Shown here: positions 61,100 through 64,000 of the stretch, piece after piece
Numbering within the stretch: position 1 is the stretch's first letter
Layout of the letters: every line of letters starts with the position of its first letter
Assembly: GCF_963921235.1 (NCBI RefSeq)
Contig: NC_086097.1
Span: 225,372,001 to 225,436,000 of the forward strand
Direction of reading: 5' to 3'
Source of the DNA: Mobula hypostoma
Taxonomy: Eukaryota
Length of the DNA: 64,000 nt
Made by a program: the position numbers and the translations under genes
The notes under the pieces: generated by a model
The model's database searches: none
What the model was told of the DNA's origin: nothing
Seen by the model: only the letters and a program-made list of their open reading frames with translations

Positions 61100-62640
61100 C
61101 GGACATAAAAATTACAAAATGTTACCAAAAATATATATATGTAGTGCAAATTATGAATAATGAAGATAGTGTTCATGAGTTCATAGACCATTCAGAAAAT
61201 TGAAGGGAGAGAGAAACAAGCTGTTACTTAAACATTGGGTGTGGGTCTTTAGACTCCTGTACCTTCTTCCTGATGGTAATTATGTGAAGGGAGCATGTCC
61301 CAGATGGTGGGAGTCTTTAATAATGGATGCCACCTTCTTAAGGCACTGCCTTATGAAGATGTCCTCAATGGCAAAGAGGGTAGAATTGGCTGAGTCTACA
61401 ACATTTCTGCAGCATCTTAAAATCCTATGCACTTGAGGTTATTTAGCAAGCTGTGGTGCAGCCAGTCAAAATTCCCTCCACCATATATTTGTAGAAATTT
61501 GCAACGGTTTGGTGACATACCAAATCTCCTCAAACTCCTAATGAAGTAGAGCTGTTGATGTGCCTTCTTCATGATTGCATCAATGTGATGGGCCCAGGAT
61601 GGATTCTTTGAGATGTTGACACCCAGAAACTCGAAGCTGTTCACCCTTTCAACAACTGAGCTCTTAATGATGTGTGTTCTACTGACTTCCCCTTCCCGAA
61701 GTCCACAATCATTTCCTTGATCTTGCTGATGTTTAGTGCAACATTGCTGTTGCAACACTAGTCAACCAACCAATCTCTCCCACTCCTGTACAACTCCTTC
61801 TCTCCAGCTGAGATTCTGCAACAACAGTGGAGATGTCTCTGAATTTGTAGATGGGCTTTCATCTGTGCTTGGCTACACAACCATAAGCAGAGAGAGATTG
61901 GGCAGTTGGCTAAGCACACATCCCTGAGGTGCACCTGTGTTGAATGTCAGTGAGGAACAGATGTTATAACTGACTGTGGCCTCCCAATAAGGAAGTTGAG
62001 GATCCAGTTGCATATGGAGGTACAAAGGACCAGGTTTTGAAATTTGTTGTTTAGTAGTGAGGAGATGGTGGTGTTGAACACCAGGATATCATTGGTAAAC
62101 AGCAGCCCAATGTAAGTATTGCTGTTTTCCATTGGAGAGATAGCGAGATTGCATCTGTTGTTGATCTACTGAGGCTGCAGGCAAATTGTAGTGGGTCCAG
62201 GTTTTGTTCAGGCAGGAGTTAAATCTAGCCATGACCACCCTCTTGAAGCACTTTATCACAGCAGATTTGAGTGCTACTGGCTGCTGCCTGCAAGGAATTT
62301 ATATGTTCTCCCTGTGACCATGTGGGTTTCCTCCAGGTGCTCCAGTTTCCTCTCACAGTCCAAAGATATGCCAGTTGGTAGGCTAATCGATCATTGTAAA
62401 TTGTCCTGTGATAGGGCTAGTAGTAAATCAGGAGATTTCTGGGCAGTGTGTCTCGAAGGGCCAGAAGCGCCTATTCTGTGCTGTATCTCAAAAAAATAAT
62501 GTAAAATAAAATAGTTATTGATCCAACTCTCCCTGCCCTTCTTGGGCACTGGTATGATTGATGCTCTTTTGAAGCAGGTGGGAATGTTTGTCTGCAGCAG
62601 GGAGAGATTGGAGATGTCCTTGAAACCTCCAGCCGGTACT
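61100..62640 (-). mobile_element. Old Rex1/Babar LINE, interrupted by a V-SINE at about 62280-62490
   Basis: Minus ORFs give VERVNSFEFLGVNISK..KKAHQQLYFIRSLRRFGM and CNWILNFLIGRPQSV. Confidence 0.85.
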
Positions 62641-63732
62641 TTTCCAGTTCTAATAAGTCATTGACTATAAATATTAATATTGTTTTCCTTTCCATTGTTG
62701 CTGTGTTTCCTGCTCAGTATTTGCAGCATTATTTGTTGCTGTTCTACCAGCATTTAAAACTGATTTTTGAAGACTAATTTTTCCCCAATTGTCCCTTCTA
62801 AATACACTGTTTTCTCTTCGTCCTCTCAGTGTCTTACTTGGTTAAGCAATGGCATTTGTGCCTTGTTCTTGTCCAATGTATTCTTTGCAAAGATCTGTTA
62901 AGTATGAAATCCGTGAAGTATGAAACTCTATATTTTACTCATTCCTCTGTTTGGTATTCATTAGATTCTGATTTTGTCTGCTGACAACACAACTTTACTT
63001 GTCTTTTGTCTTCCTGCTTTGTCCAGTGGCATTCAACAATACAACTGTAGCCCTTCATCTTGATTTCTGATATTTCAGAGAAGACAAATAACTGTTAAAT
63101 ATATAGTCATATAAAATAACCTTTGACTATAATTATAGTGTACTTGTGATCATTGAACAGCTTGTCAGCTTGGCTCGTTTATCGTACTTTCATCTCTGAG
63201 GTAGGTTATTGATTAAACAATAATGACTATATTTTAAAAGTGATTAATTGATTGTAAAATACTTTGTGATATGCTGAACATCTGGAAAGTGTGAAAGATT
63301 AGCTCTTACTTAAAGTGTAACTTAATTTTTATTGCCGAACCTTTTGCCCCTTTTGCCTAAAAATGTTCTCTTGCTAAAGGCAATTATTCATAATGCAAAT
63401 TGGCACAATCCACCGAATTCAGTCTACAGTCATAATCTGAATTGTTCTCATTTCATTTTAAACAGAATCACCACAATACTCTCAGGTTCAATAGAGGTTC
63501 GGACACATACAATGAATAGAAACATAGGCTTATCAAAGGTGGCTGTCAAACATTTATTAAAAGCAAATATTTAATAAAGTTAATAGAGATTTTTGAAAAA
63601 AGTAGTGCATTCAATAGATAAAGAGAATGCAATAGATGTACTGTATATGGATTCTCAGAAGCCTGTTAGATAAAATTCAGATATCCCATATAAGTCCCTA
63701 CAGGAAGATGGTTACGAGAAAGAAAATGAGGA

Positions 63733-64000
63733 ATCAGAATCAGACTTAATATCACCGGCATATGTCGTGAAATTTGTTCATGGGTTCAATGTCCAATTAA
63801 AGATAGAATGGTAAAGGGGAAGAAGTTGTTCATGAATGGTGTGTGTGTGTGCATTTTTGCTTCTGTTCCTCCTTCCTGATGGTAATGGTGAGAAGAGGGC
63901 ATATCCTGGGTGGTGGGGGCCCTTGATGATGGAAGCCTCTTTTCTGAGGCATGAAGACGTCTTGAATGCTACGGAAGCTAGTACCCATGATGGAGCTGAC
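63733..64000 (-). mobile_element. Rex1/Babar LINE 3' end running off the window
   Basis: AATCAGAATCAGACTTAATATCACCGGCATATGTCGTGAAATTTGTT tail complement. A short CR1 RT scrap (about 63590-63675) precedes it. Confidence 0.8.

Overview
This is AT-rich vertebrate genomic DNA, most likely from a cartilaginous fish. That assignment is inferred from the repeat spectrum: CR1 LINEs with octamer tails, V-domain and Deu-domain SINEs, and abundant Rex1/Babar and Penelope-like remnants. There is no recognisable intact cellular gene, and nearly all long ORFs in the track are decayed retrotransposon fragments (CR1, Rex1/Babar, Vingi). Roughly 7-20 kb is strikingly TE-poor and looks like regulatory or conserved non-coding DNA, while 20-64 kb is a dense, nested TE mosaic. 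One strong 26-nt minus-strand micro-exon candidate (56041-56066) suggests the window may be intronic. The most interesting pattern is that short non-autonomous retroelements here carry relics of three different self-cleaving ribozyme classes at their ends. (i) P4-less HDV/CPEB3-like folds occur at 28310-28506, 4841-5013 and 53252-53428; in the first, the target-site duplication abuts the predicted cleavage site. (ii) A twister 3' cleavage product lies at 37750-37799. (iii) Minimal hammerheads occur in Penelope-like pLTRs, including a 213-bp TSD-flanked palindromic insertion at 39507-39719. A 118-bp templated insertion copied from 2.2 kb away and several clean nested insertions are also visible. 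All alignments and folds were done by eye; repeat boundaries are approximate unless a TSD is given.
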